IMG/VR virus record: IMGVR_UViG_3300046786_001162
Location: 1-27,886 of that record
Length of the DNA: 27,886 nucleotides
Origin: a virus
Taxonomy: Duplodnaviria > Caudoviricetes
Reading direction: 5' to 3' (one strand)
Shown: piece by piece, positions 9,219 to 19,099 of the stretch
Numbering within the stretch: the first letter of the stretch is position 1
How the letters are laid out: the number at the start of each line of letters is the position of its first letter
Notes under the pieces: model-generated
Told to the model about the DNA's origin: nothing
The model's database searches: none
The model's input: only the letters and a program-made list of their open reading frames with translations
Program-made: the position numbers and the translations under genes

Positions 9219-9251
9219 AAAATAGTGAGGGAATTATTCCCTCACTATTTT
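9219..9251 (-). terminator. Intrinsic terminator after the protease gene
   Basis: Near-perfect palindrome aaaatagtgagggaat-t-attccctcactatttt. Confidence 0.85.
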
Positions 9252-9257
9252 TATATA

Positions 9258-12200
9258 CTAATCGATCCAAGTAATGGATACATCAAGCTTTGATGGATCT
9301 TTTTTGGATGCTTGTACAGTGGTTCTAGAATAATTTCCGCACTTGTAGCAGAATGTATTATTCTTGACCTTGTGTGCTTCTCTGTCGCCACATGATGGGC
9401 AAACCATACCGACAGGAAGCATTGATTCTGCAGTTCTATCAAATGATGGTAATGCAGTCTTCAAATAAACATCTGAATCAACAGTGGCTGATAATCTAAC
9501 CATTGTTCTGATTTCAGAAGCTACAGGTCCCATTCCTGGGGCAGCTGGTGCAGGAGCTGGTAATTCAGCTGGAGCTGTTGCAGCACCTAAGCCTGTATCA
9601 GGACCAAGGCCCATTGGTTCTTCTTCAGGTGAAGATTTGCCCTTTTCACCCATTGAAACTAATTCAATTTGTTGAAGAATTTTATATGTTGTTCCGCAGC
9701 TTTGACAATCAGCACTTGATTCAGAAATATTTACATCATCAGATCCGCAGACTGGACAAACTGAACCCCAAGGCTTCTTTTCACCTGGCTCAGTAACCGC
9801 ATCCATATCTGCTGATTCATTCATATCAGCTCCACCAGTCAGTGATGAAATTCCTAAATCACCACCAGCAGGAGCGCCAGCACCCAAACCTGGATCAACT
9901 GGACCAGCAGCTGGACCTTGAGGAGCAGGAGCACCCATACCAGGCATAGCTTGTGCGTATTTAGCCAAAATATCATCTCTTCTGGACTTTCTAGCTATTC
10001 TTGCACCCTCTGTCATTACAACAGGCATTTCTGCACTATCTTCAGCATTCATTTCAGCAGATTCTTCATCAGTTTTGAAAGTTTTTGAAGAAGATGTTGA
10101 AACTGTTGCTGTTACATCACCATTTTCAGAAACAATCAAGTCTGTAAATGAGAATGTGCCTGGGTCAACTTGGAATCCGTGTCCTTGAAGAACTTCAATT
10201 GCTTTTTGCTTGAATGATTCATCAAAATTGCTATCGCTTGGTTGTACACCGTCTAAATCTTCTGCTCTGCACATAAATCTAATACAGTCAGATTTGCTTT
10301 GAGTAACTGTAATACCAGCTGTTCTTTCGGAAGCAACAACTGCCTTAGCAACTAATTTTTCAGCAACTTCAAATTCCTCGCAAAGTCTCTTCGCAGCTTT
10401 TGCAATTCTTCTTGTGCTGATACCAAAGTTTGTTGAATAATCTGCTAACCAACCAACAACATTGTCAGAAATATTCTTGGTGGATGCAGTCTTGACACCC
10501 CAGAATTCTCTTCTTGCTCTAGCTCTCAATCTACCATCAGTTGCGGTAGCAGTCTTTGCTCTATCAATAGCAGCCATCAATTGCTTTTCTGGCATAGCAT
10601 CAACAGAATCAACTACTTCATCAGGAGTTGTTCCAGTTTCTTTTGAGGACATTGCCATAGCTGAAATTGCAGACTTAAGATCATCTTTAGAAATGAGGTC
10701 AGCATCAGCATCTACAGCAGACATAAGAGCAGACTTAAGCTCTTCATTTTTTGAAGGAGCAGTGTCAACATCTAAACCTTCATCAGGAACATTTGCTTGA
10801 CCCATAAGAAGTTCAGCGATTCTAGAAACGCCTTCTTTAGTCATTTCGCCTTCTTCAACTGCAACTGAAAGAGCATCAGCAAGATCCTTAGCAGTAATGT
10901 CAGAAGTAACAGCAGCACCTAATTGCTTGATAACAGCAGAAACTGAATTTTCTGGTTCAGCACTTCCACCAAAGAAATCTGCTTTCTCTGACTTGTCTGC
11001 TTCCATATCGGTACCAGCAGCAGCAGTTCCAATCATTTCTGGAAGCATTGGTTCTTCAGCTAATGTTTGAGCAACTCTAAGGATAGTTTTTGGAGTTTCA
11101 AGTGAAGAAATAACAGCCTTGCCTAAAGCATTAATTGTAGCTGCCATAATTTCATGAGCAGTTGCAGAACCTTCTGCACGATGGTTTGATAATTGTTTTT
11201 CTAAAACTTCAGTAGGAACACCATGAGTAACTTCATCAACAAGTTCAGTTAAGGATTTGAGTACTTCTTCATCCTTGACTCTTCTGCCATAAAGCCCAGC
11301 ATCTCCAAGAAGAATTTCACGAACTGCATCTTGGCTTGCACCAGTTTGTTTAGGTGCTAATTGCTTCTCACGAACTTCATTCACAACACCAGTATTTTTA
11401 CTTCTTACGCCATCTTGTAAATCACCATATGATTCACCGCTTCTAACTTCATCAAGTTGTCTTTCTCTATCATCAAGTCTTTCTTTGACATCAAGTAAAG
11501 CAGTCTTGACAAAGTGTGAATAATCCTTGAGCAATTCAGCAGCAACTCTTGTCCCTTGTCCATTTTCCATTAAACCAAGTTGGTTTTCATTAAGGATAGG
11601 TTCCCAAGCAGTTCTTTTTCCATTTGTGTAACCTGTGATTGAACCATCAGTAGAAAGAACAACTCTATTACCTGCATTATCCTCGACTTTAAAATCGATT
11701 GTAACTGCAGCAGCAAGTTTTTTTCTTTGCTCTGATGCAATCTTTGCAAAGTGATCCATTTGATTTCTGCTCCCCGCCACGAAAGGCGTATTTGTTTTTA
11801 TATTTTTGCTTCTTTCATTAGCAATCCTAATGACATTATCAATACTTTTTTGAACATGAACACTGTTATTTAAATTTTCTTTCAAATTCAAGATGCTTTG
11901 TGTCAAGTTCAAAATTTTATTGGAAGATGAACCGTTTTGAGTACTAGCAAAAACTTCTCTTTTACCATCTCTTGAAGCCCATACCAAATTGTGAACGCTA
12001 GAGGCTAATGCAACACCACCTCCAACTTGTGCACCTTGATCACCAGAATAAGTAAGATCCATTACTTTCCCGACAGATTCAGTTGGTGCATAATTTGCCA
12101 AACCAATATTGGCATTCATTGGAGAAGCTTGTGGTGCTTGCCCCTGTTGCATATTTTGAGGTTGATTTATTTGTTGAGGTCTTTGTCCGGAGCCAACATC

Positions 12201-13394
12201 AATTCCGTCATCAATCATATCTTGCATAGTTGATTGAAGCTCTGCCATTGACTTGGTGACTTTTCCTACGTGTCCTAAATCAACATTATCTTTTCTGGCA
12301 AACATATTCATCACTGCAACTTCCAAGAAGTTCAATGATAAATTGATCAAGTCAAGAATATTTAATCCAGAAGCAGGGTCGATTCCTAAAGCTGTTAAAA
12401 CTGCTTGAACTGTGGAATTCTGATTTGCTCCGGCTCCAGCTAATAAAGGACCGCCAACAAGAGTACCAGCTTGTTGTGCTAATCTTACTGCGGTTTTTGC
12501 TGTGGAATTTGCTACTCTCAAGCAGTTTTCGTATTCTGTTCTTGAAGATGATTCTTGAGGAGATCCTTGTAATGCTAAAACAATATTTGCAGAAAGCTCG
12601 TTTGCCTTCTTTTCCAAATTCATTGCAGCATCTAAAACATCATCAACATCATAAATTTCTTGAATTTCGCAAGATTCAAAAGCACCATCGCCTACACAGC
12701 TCAATTCAATAAACTTAACACCATAGTTCTTTTCGTATGCTTTTTTGCCAGATTCAGGATAAATTTTTCCTTTATATCTCTTAAGGTGTTCACAATAATC
12801 TCTTTCAGTATATGCTTTATTGCCACAAATTGAACAAACACCCCATTCAACACTAGCACCCATTGAAACATCGTGAATAACACCAGTGCGAATGTTTCTT
12901 GCAATATCAGGATAAGCCTCTTCATCTACAAAGAAAGTACAATAAACACAATCTTCTTCTTCATCCCATTCAGCATAAACAACCATTCCTTTGGCTTGTT
13001 CAATATCGTCATTCTTATGGTTGGTGTAAATTGGCACACCTTCGAATGTTTTATATGAAGGGATTTTTTTACCTTTAATCTCAACTTCTTTTAATAATTC
13101 TTCTTTGGAAAACAAGTCGCCATTAGCATTAACTACATCAGCATCAATTGCTCTAGCTCTTACCCATAAAAGTTTTGCGCCTTTACGAGCTTGCATTTCC
13201 TTAACGATGTCGAAATCTTTGTATTTTTCTAGGACTTCTTTTGGGTCAGCATAGAGAGATTGAAGACCGATTTTTGCAGCTTCTCTCATATTAGATGAAG
13301 CAGTCTTAATAATATAATCTCTAGCTATATTTCGGTCAGTTTCGTTGAGAAAACTATTGATAGTAATAGCTCCTCCTTTTGCAACCTTGTACAT
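9258..13394 (-). CDS. Giant prohead (maturation) protease with a long scaffold-like C-terminal region and two terminal zinc ribbons
   Basis: N-terminal HK97/herpes-type (clan SH) protease motifs NANGDLF, PIYTNH (His), DVSMG (Ser) and ELSCVGDGA, with a CSICG...CEH insertion. C-terminal CPVCG..CQSCG and CPSCG..CYKCG. Directly downstream of portal. Confidence 0.85.
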   Translation of the reverse strand: MYKVAKGGAITINSFLNETDRNIARDYIIKTASSNMREAAKIGLQSLYADPKEVLEKYKDFDIVKEMQARKGAKLLWVRARAIDADVVNANGDLFSKEELLKEVEIKGKKIPSYKTFEGVPIYTNHKNDDIEQAKGMVVYAEWDEEEDCVYCTFFVDEEAYPDIARNIRTGVIHDVSMGASVEWGVCSICGNKAYTERDYCEHLKRYKGKIYPESGKKAYEKNYGVKFIELSCVGDGAFESCEIQEIYDVDDVLDAAMNLEKKANELSANIVLALQGSPQESSSRTEYENCLRVANSTAKTAVRLAQQAGTLVGGPLLAGAGANQNSTVQAVLTALGIDPASGLNILDLINLSLNFLEVAVMNMFARKDNVDLGHVGKVTKSMAELQSTMQDMIDDGIDVGSGQRPQQINQPQNMQQGQAPQASPMNANIGLANYAPTESVGKVMDLTYSGDQGAQVGGGVALASSVHNLVWASRDGKREVFASTQNGSSSNKILNLTQSILNLKENLNNSVHVQKSIDNVIRIANERSKNIKTNTPFVAGSRNQMDHFAKIASEQRKKLAAAVTIDFKVEDNAGNRVVLSTDGSITGYTNGKRTAWEPILNENQLGLMENGQGTRVAAELLKDYSHFVKTALLDVKERLDDRERQLDEVRSGESYGDLQDGVRSKNTGVVNEVREKQLAPKQTGASQDAVREILLGDAGLYGRRVKDEEVLKSLTELVDEVTHGVPTEVLEKQLSNHRAEGSATAHEIMAATINALGKAVISSLETPKTILRVAQTLAEEPMLPEMIGTAAAGTDMEADKSEKADFFGGSAEPENSVSAVIKQLGAAVTSDITAKDLADALSVAVEEGEMTKEGVSRIAELLMGQANVPDEGLDVDTAPSKNEELKSALMSAVDADADLISKDDLKSAISAMAMSSKETGTTPDEVVDSVDAMPEKQLMAAIDRAKTATATDGRLRARARREFWGVKTASTKNISDNVVGWLADYSTNFGISTRRIAKAAKRLCEEFEVAEKLVAKAVVASERTAGITVTQSKSDCIRFMCRAEDLDGVQPSDSNFDESFKQKAIEVLQGHGFQVDPGTFSFTDLIVSENGDVTATVSTSSSKTFKTDEESAEMNAEDSAEMPVVMTEGARIARKSRRDDILAKYAQAMPGMGAPAPQGPAAGPVDPGLGAGAPAGGDLGISSLTGGADMNESADMDAVTEPGEKKPWGSVCPVCGSDDVNISESSADCQSCGTTYKILQQIELVSMGEKGKSSPEEEPMGLGPDTGLGAATAPAELPAPAPAAPGMGPVASEIRTMVRLSATVDSDVYLKTALPSFDRTAESMLPVGMVCPSCGDREAHKVKNNTFCYKCGNYSRTTVQASKKDPSKLDVSITWID

Positions 13395-13434
13395 ATGTTC
13401 AATCCTTAAAAAATAAAGTTATCAATAGGATTTG

Positions 13435-13459
13435 TTCTATTTTTAACATATTAAAACCT
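13435..13459 (-). promoter_or_regulatory. Putative phage late promoter AGGT-N16-TAGAA
   Basis: Minus strand acAGGT-tttaatatgttaaaaa-TAGAAc, just after a terminator-like hairpin. Confidence 0.65.
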
Positions 13460-13467
13460 GTAAAATT

Positions 13468-13493
13468 TAAACCCGTCGAAATCGACGGGTTTA
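13468..13493 (-). terminator. Hairpin, probable terminator after the portal gene
   Basis: Inverted repeat taaacccgtcga-aa-tcgacgggttta, followed by a T-rich tract on the minus strand. Confidence 0.75.
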
Positions 13494-13519
13494 TTGTACA
13501 GTGACAAACTATTCTTCAA

Positions 13520-15889
13520 TTATAAATATTCAGAATTGCCCTCGCCCATACCTGTTCGTTTCTTAATTGCTTTAATCAATACATTTAAACAATCTTGTGG
13601 ATGATCATTGATTTCCTTGTCAGTAAATCTAACAATAATCCACCCATTTGCAGCTAATTCTGAATCTCTACGTTTATCTTTAGCAATTTTGTCTGGATTG
13701 TTGTGCCATATTTCACCATCAGCCTCAATTCCTATTTTAAGATTAGGAATAGCAGCATCTAATTGATAATCCATTGTTGGACCAGCAGAATATTGAGCAT
13801 ACAATGGATATGGCATATTCAAAGACATTGTCAAGCCATATAATTTCTTTTCCAAGCTGGTAAACATTTTTGGTTGTTGGGTAACGTCTATTTTCTTTTT
13901 TGCATACTTCATAATAGATTCGTTTTCATTACCAGCAAATTGATAAATTTCTTCCAACGCATAATTATTCAATGGGTGAGAATTATCTCCACCGCAGAGA
14001 GGCATTTGTAAAGAGCCAAATAATCCGTCATATTCGCCAGGAAGTGGTCCAAGAGAACCTCTACCTGTAACTGGTGTCAAAGACATCAAAAAGCCTTCGT
14101 GAGCAGCAGACTTAATTCTCTTACTAGCAGTTCTCACACCAGAGTTCTTTGCATTTAGTCTTTCATCGTAAATTTCATTAATAATAGAACTAGCTAGTTT
14201 ATAATTTTTAGTCATAACTGATGCAGTAGGAGCTGGCGCACCACCAGGAGCTGGAGCTGGGGCAGGAGCACCAGGAGCTGGAGCAGCACCTCCAACAGCT
14301 AAGTCAGCAGGAGGAGGAGCACCCATACCACCAGATGCGTCAGGCGCACCTGCGCCAAAACCTTGGCCAGTGACTCCGCCACTTTGAAAGCTTAAGGAAA
14401 TGTTGGGAGTTCCAAAAGATTGATCATTTACGAAGTTTGCACCTTGTTCAAATCTCAATCTTTCAATTTCTTGATCAGAATCTAACCCAAAGGCTTCAAT
14501 AAGAGAGACATTAGAAATAACACCGTTTTGATTTGCAGTGACAAGCATTTGAAGCTTACCAGTATCATCACGCAATTGAAGATCATCAAATTTGATTTTA
14601 GGATAAACTAATTCGTCCTGACCTCTTTCTCCTTCAATTACAAAGCCATTCCATTTAGCAACTGGCATAAAAACATTTTGTTCAATCCAGTGTGCAACTT
14701 CTCTCCTGAAAGTCTCTAATCTTTGAGCCATCGCAAGAAGACCAACTTGGGCATTTCCGTAAGTTGGACCCTCACCATTCAAAAGAGCCTTATTGAGCAT
14801 TACACCATCTAAAATTTCTTGCTCAATTAATTCGAACTCACCAGTAAGAGGATGAATTTTGCCTGTTGCTCCATACCATTCAAGATCAAAGTTATGGTGA
14901 GTAACAAGAGTTAAGTTGGGATCATTAGCGATAGATGCTAATTCATCTTGAACGTTATCAATATCTTCTTGTGATGCCGGTCTTGTATCACTACCAATTT
15001 TTACAACCTTGATTGGCAAGATAAGACGTTCAGCAATCATATATTGAGCCTGACGTAATTTATCTTTATAGGTTAAAATTGGAAACAATGGTCTGATCAT
15101 AGAAATTCCATAATCTTCCCAAGGGTTTGATCCATACTTGAAATGATGAATAGAAATCGGATTAAGCTTAATAGGATTTCCTTGAATAATCATTTTCTTG
15201 ATATTGTCAGGAATGGTATCGTAAATTTCTTTAGGATTTCTTTCGTTTACAATTCTGATTTCTTCTGCAGATGGTCTGTAAGCATAACTACCAGGTTGAT
15301 CAATCATTCCTGGAGTTTTAATTACAGAATCAGGGTTAAGAATAGAAATTGATTTCCAAGTAGCTCCATCGTGTTCACATTCTTGATTTTTATCATCGTC
15401 CCAGTTTGAACCGTGGCAATGTGGGCAGTCTAGAGAAAGTAAAACAAATGAATCACCTAACAAGTGATATGTTTTAGAAATTTCTGGGAGCCATTTTTGA
15501 AAATTAAGAGACTCAACTAATTTTTCAAAATAATCTTTAACATAAGAAGAAGAGCATTCCAACTTCCAACCAGAAAAAGGATAGTTGGTGTAAAAATTAA
15601 CAGCTGCTGCAATTTTTGGCTCATTATTTCGCCACCAGTTAGCCCAAAGGTATACTTCACGGCGAGCATTTGGGATTTGAAAAGATGAGGGAGTTAAGAA
15701 AGGCGAATAGAAGTTAGGGGCGGTAGTAACTGTATTTACACTAGCAGTTCTTGTTACGCCTGGACCTAAACCTAAGCCAATTCTACTGCTTGCATAATTT
15801 CTATCTACAGTTGTTGAAGTTGTTGGTGCTCCTGATACTTGTGTTGCTGCTGTTCTGATAGCAGAAGCCAATGATGTTCTATTTGCCAT
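13520..15889 (-). CDS. Portal protein with C-terminal DUF559/Vsr-like endonuclease domain
   Basis: Portal-like pattern KTYHLLGDSFV, ILNPDSV, IHHFKY...WEDYGISMIRP, PIKVVKIG, ISNVSLIEAFGLDSDQEIERL, and position before the protease. C-terminus YQLDAAIPNLKIGIEADGEIWH...KDKRRDSELAANGWIIVRF. Confidence 0.88.
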   Translation of the reverse strand: MANRTSLASAIRTAATQVSGAPTTSTTVDRNYASSRIGLGLGPGVTRTASVNTVTTAPNFYSPFLTPSSFQIPNARREVYLWANWWRNNEPKIAAAVNFYTNYPFSGWKLECSSSYVKDYFEKLVESLNFQKWLPEISKTYHLLGDSFVLLSLDCPHCHGSNWDDDKNQECEHDGATWKSISILNPDSVIKTPGMIDQPGSYAYRPSAEEIRIVNERNPKEIYDTIPDNIKKMIIQGNPIKLNPISIHHFKYGSNPWEDYGISMIRPLFPILTYKDKLRQAQYMIAERLILPIKVVKIGSDTRPASQEDIDNVQDELASIANDPNLTLVTHHNFDLEWYGATGKIHPLTGEFELIEQEILDGVMLNKALLNGEGPTYGNAQVGLLAMAQRLETFRREVAHWIEQNVFMPVAKWNGFVIEGERGQDELVYPKIKFDDLQLRDDTGKLQMLVTANQNGVISNVSLIEAFGLDSDQEIERLRFEQGANFVNDQSFGTPNISLSFQSGGVTGQGFGAGAPDASGGMGAPPPADLAVGGAAPAPGAPAPAPAPGGAPAPTASVMTKNYKLASSIINEIYDERLNAKNSGVRTASKRIKSAAHEGFLMSLTPVTGRGSLGPLPGEYDGLFGSLQMPLCGGDNSHPLNNYALEEIYQFAGNENESIMKYAKKKIDVTQQPKMFTSLEKKLYGLTMSLNMPYPLYAQYSAGPTMDYQLDAAIPNLKIGIEADGEIWHNNPDKIAKDKRRDSELAANGWIIVRFTDKEINDHPQDCLNVLIKAIKKRTGMGEGNSEYL

Positions 15890-15896
15890 AACATAT

Positions 15897-15931
15897 ATTA
15901 TACCGTTCTAAAAATAAAGAACTTAATACCA
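15897..15931 (-). promoter_or_regulatory. Tandem promoters for portal: late-type TGGT-N17-TAGAAC, then GGTATAAT 7 nt before ATG
   Basis: Minus strand TGGT-attaagttctttatttt-TAGAAc-GGTATAAT-atatgtt-ATG, with no SD. Confidence 0.55.
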
Positions 15932-16456
15932 AGTTTGATTAGAAGGTTTGTTTCCAAAAAGAATAGGATCTTGTTTGCCTTTAGAGGCTTGATAATATCC
16001 CTCTCCACTTTTGAAATGCTGGAAACCATTTCCCTTTTCTCTTGAAGCCATACTTTGTGGATCTCTATTATTATTCTGTTGTCTAGATCCTTCTAATTGG
16101 TCTTCAATAGTTGTGTTTTCTGGAGCTTCGTGATATGGTGAGTGTCTACGTGCTTCATTAGCTGCTGACTGTGGTGAAACTATGTAATTTCCATTGTCAT
16201 CCATATTCATTCTGTGAGGACGATCAACTAATAAATCCCAAATTTCTTTTTGTTGTTCTTGATTCATTTGGTAATATTCATCAAGTGATTTTCCCATTTT
16301 TTCAAGAATTCCAGCCAACTCATCATATAATCCAGCAGGTTTGCTATCTACGCCCTTAATTTCATCAATTTCAGGCTGTGATGAATTGTTGTCAGAATTT
16401 TCACCTGACATATTAACACCACCACCAACTTGGGCTAAAACTTGCTTATACCACAT
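15923..16456 (-). CDS. Hypothetical head-region protein (177 aa) starting MWYKQVLAQ
   Basis: Overlaps the upstream stop. Polar and low-complexity; carries the TIEDQL motif. Confidence 0.75.
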   Translation of the reverse strand: MWYKQVLAQVGGGVNMSGENSDNNSSQPEIDEIKGVDSKPAGLYDELAGILEKMGKSLDEYYQMNQEQQKEIWDLLVDRPHRMNMDDNGNYIVSPQSAANEARRHSPYHEAPENTTIEDQLEGSRQQNNNRDPQSMASREKGNGFQHFKSGEGYYQASKGKQDPILFGNKPSNQTWY

Positions 16457-18107
16457 CGTCGTATTCTTCTCTTTTAGATTCCATTACATAATCTAATCCA
16501 AGTTCTTCAGCAAATCTTTTAAGATCTTCTTCTGAAAATTGATGACCAAAGCTATCCTCGTCATCTTCACCTAAAAGAGTTTCAATATTTCTGGTAATTT
16601 TTGTATTATGTCTTCTGTCTTCTAATTGCTCATCTTTAGCAACATCAACAACATTCTTCTTTCTATTTTCATTGAGAATTTGTTCTTGATTCATTTCTTT
16701 TTTAGAAGCAGTGATATTTTTATCTAATTGATGAATAATAGAATCTTTTGGCTCATCTTTGTCTTTGTTCAATTCATCTCTGTAATTGATAGGGTCTTTG
16801 CCTTCAACATTTAATTGATCAGCATAAGATTCTTCCATCTCGCCACGATGAGTATAAAGACCATCTGAATCAAGTTGTTCTTCTCTCACTTCATCTGTTA
16901 CAGATTCTTTATTGTTCAATTTTCTCAAAAGCATCTCAAGGTAATCTACGCCCTTTTGATCTTTTCTTGGTAATTGAGAATCTATAGTTTTAGTTGAATC
17001 AGTTTGTGCTTGTTTTGGACGCATAACTGGCTTATCGCCTTGTTGATGGCCATAACTAGATTGTTTGGCATCTGATAACTGTTTTTCCATTGAATCAGAG
17101 ATATTATGTTTTCCTCTGACTTTGTTTGCGCCACGATCTGAATTATCAAATCTTGCTTCAAATCCAATTTCGCCTTCTGTAAGTTTCTTGGATCTTTCGC
17201 CTTCTTTAAGTTCAAGAGCATTAGCTTCATTATCAGGATGCTTATGTACATCCAATCTGGCCATAACTTCATCGTGAGATTGGAAAGCTACTTTGAGCCA
17301 ATCTTGATATGCACAAGTAACATGACCGCTTTTATCTACTCTTGAGTCAATACAATTTTCACGGCACTTTGAAATTTCCATAGGAACAGCAGACTTATAT
17401 CCTTGAAATTTACCTTTTGGGCAAAGTAAATAAGGCTCATTTGCTTGAGTTGACAAGGTAGTATATGCAACTCTTCTATTTTCTTTTGGTGTGATTTCTG
17501 AATACCAATTGTGTAAATAATTTGAAACCTTGGTGGTTTGTAATTTATTTCCTGATAAAACTACATTTCTAGCACTTTCAAGTTTAGAAATTCTCAAAGA
17601 AGATGACGCAAATTTCTTGAGTTTGTCTAAAGTATTGATGGCTTCGATTTGCCAATACCCAGCAGATTGATCTTTTGATTTGTACGCTACTCTTTCCAAT
17701 TTGGCTGCTTCATTGTTCTTATTTAAGAAGTTTTGCAAAGCCATATAAGCATAACGAAGAGTATTTCTTTCTTCTGCTAATTTGATATTGTTTAATTTAT
17801 TGAAAGCGTGATGTAAATGGTGATGTGCTTCTTTTTCAGGAAGGGCAACAATTTTTACAATGTGTTCTGGTCCGCCCATATTTTTAAAGGCTGAAATTAC
17901 TGGATCATCACCGAAATCGTTCATATCTAAAATGTGAAAAGGAGAAGACATTGGCATAGAATCACCATCTCCAAGTCCAGCAATTGTGTCTTGAAGCATA
18001 CTGAGCAATCCTGTTCCGCCAACTAATGGTTTTTTATCCATAATCTCTTGAATTTTATTAGGATCGTGAGTCTCGTATGTTGCTTTGATTTTATATCCTT
18101 TATCCAT
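16446..18107 (-). CDS. Hypothetical head-associated protein (553 aa) with a central Cys cluster and C-terminal E-x-Q-L repeats
   Basis: Long ORF in the operon, with CPKG...CRENC...C and repeats SMEKQL, TIDSQL, VREEQL, SYADQL, SIIHQL and AKDEQL. Confidence 0.8.
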   Translation of the reverse strand: MDKGYKIKATYETHDPNKIQEIMDKKPLVGGTGLLSMLQDTIAGLGDGDSMPMSSPFHILDMNDFGDDPVISAFKNMGGPEHIVKIVALPEKEAHHHLHHAFNKLNNIKLAEERNTLRYAYMALQNFLNKNNEAAKLERVAYKSKDQSAGYWQIEAINTLDKLKKFASSSLRISKLESARNVVLSGNKLQTTKVSNYLHNWYSEITPKENRRVAYTTLSTQANEPYLLCPKGKFQGYKSAVPMEISKCRENCIDSRVDKSGHVTCAYQDWLKVAFQSHDEVMARLDVHKHPDNEANALELKEGERSKKLTEGEIGFEARFDNSDRGANKVRGKHNISDSMEKQLSDAKQSSYGHQQGDKPVMRPKQAQTDSTKTIDSQLPRKDQKGVDYLEMLLRKLNNKESVTDEVREEQLDSDGLYTHRGEMEESYADQLNVEGKDPINYRDELNKDKDEPKDSIIHQLDKNITASKKEMNQEQILNENRKKNVVDVAKDEQLEDRRHNTKITRNIETLLGEDDEDSFGHQFSEEDLKRFAEELGLDYVMESKREEYDDVV

Positions 18108-18109
18108 AA

Positions 18110-19099
18110 TTATTTACCCAATCCTAAATTTGATAATTCTTCTTTGTCAAAACCTCTATCTACAAGAGCTGCTTTGATTTGCTTGAGTTCTTCACTAACG
18201 CCTTTCTTGTCAGCAGCATCCTTAAAATCACCTTGCTTAGTAGTTTTGGAATAATCTTGTAAATCCATAAGGAAACAAGCTCTCATAATTAATTCAGCAG
18301 TGGATCTCTTTTCAAAATTAGGCTTTGAATCATAATTTAACGCAGCAATTTTGACTGAAGCATTTTTATTACCTTTTTCTTCAGTGTCGTTGATTTTTTC
18401 TATTGTCTCTTCGATATCTTTAGTTTTTCTCTCAACTTCTTCTTTCTCTTTGACTAATTTAGGAAGATCAACAACGTCTGCAGTTTTCTCTGACTTTTCA
18501 GATTTTTCGTCTTTATCTTTGCCTTGCTCTAACTTTTTGTTATATTCTTTAACTATGTCAATAGCACGTTCTATGGTTTCTTTATTCCAATATTTAAGCT
18601 TTGAGATGTATCTAACAATATCGTTCTTTTCGACACCGTGATCAAGCAATTTACCCACTTTACCCATTAAAACACGGAATGGATTGCCTCTAGTTTTCTT
18701 TTTCTTTTTGACCTGTGCTGTTTTGGAATTGTTGTACACGTTCTTAGCCTCGGATAAATAAGTTTGTTCAATCTTATTTGCTATGTCAGAATAGCTTGGA
18801 TCCAATTCTTGAGTAATTGGATCTTTGGTTCTTGTCCTATTGTTATTGGACATAATAAGTGCTTTAGATAGCTTATATAATTGATGTCTTAAATTTTTAT
18901 CTTGCACTTTATCTGCTATTAGGGTTACTTCATTTGAAAGTTCGCCAAAATTATCATTAGCAGATTTAACCTTGTTCATTAACTGCCTCATTTCATTTTT
19001 TGTCACACCCTCAACACTTTCACCATTTAATGGAATATTATTTATTCCATTTGCAGGATTTGAAGCTAAGGGTGGAGCAATTTGAGACAGTTTATTCAT
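18110..19099 (-). CDS. Hypothetical head-region protein (329 aa), helical and charged
   Basis: TAATG-coupled to the upstream gene. KTAQ followed by a basic tract and GNPFRVLMGKVGKLLDHG. Confidence 0.8.
   Translation of the reverse strand: MNKLSQIAPPLASNPANGINNIPLNGESVEGVTKNEMRQLMNKVKSANDNFGELSNEVTLIADKVQDKNLRHQLYKLSKALIMSNNNRTRTKDPITQELDPSYSDIANKIEQTYLSEAKNVYNNSKTAQVKKKKKTRGNPFRVLMGKVGKLLDHGVEKNDIVRYISKLKYWNKETIERAIDIVKEYNKKLEQGKDKDEKSEKSEKTADVVDLPKLVKEKEEVERKTKDIEETIEKINDTEEKGNKNASVKIAALNYDSKPNFEKRSTAELIMRACFLMDLQDYSKTTKQGDFKDAADKKGVSEELKQIKAALVDRGFDKEELSNLGLGK

Noticed and set aside
14225-14350. ggagct/ccagga short repeats (also 9535-9590, 9860-9940) and tca/tcg runs at 8520-8845
   Set aside because: These are codon repeats for Pro/Ala/Gly linkers and Asp/Glu tracts, not CRISPR or DNA-level repeats.
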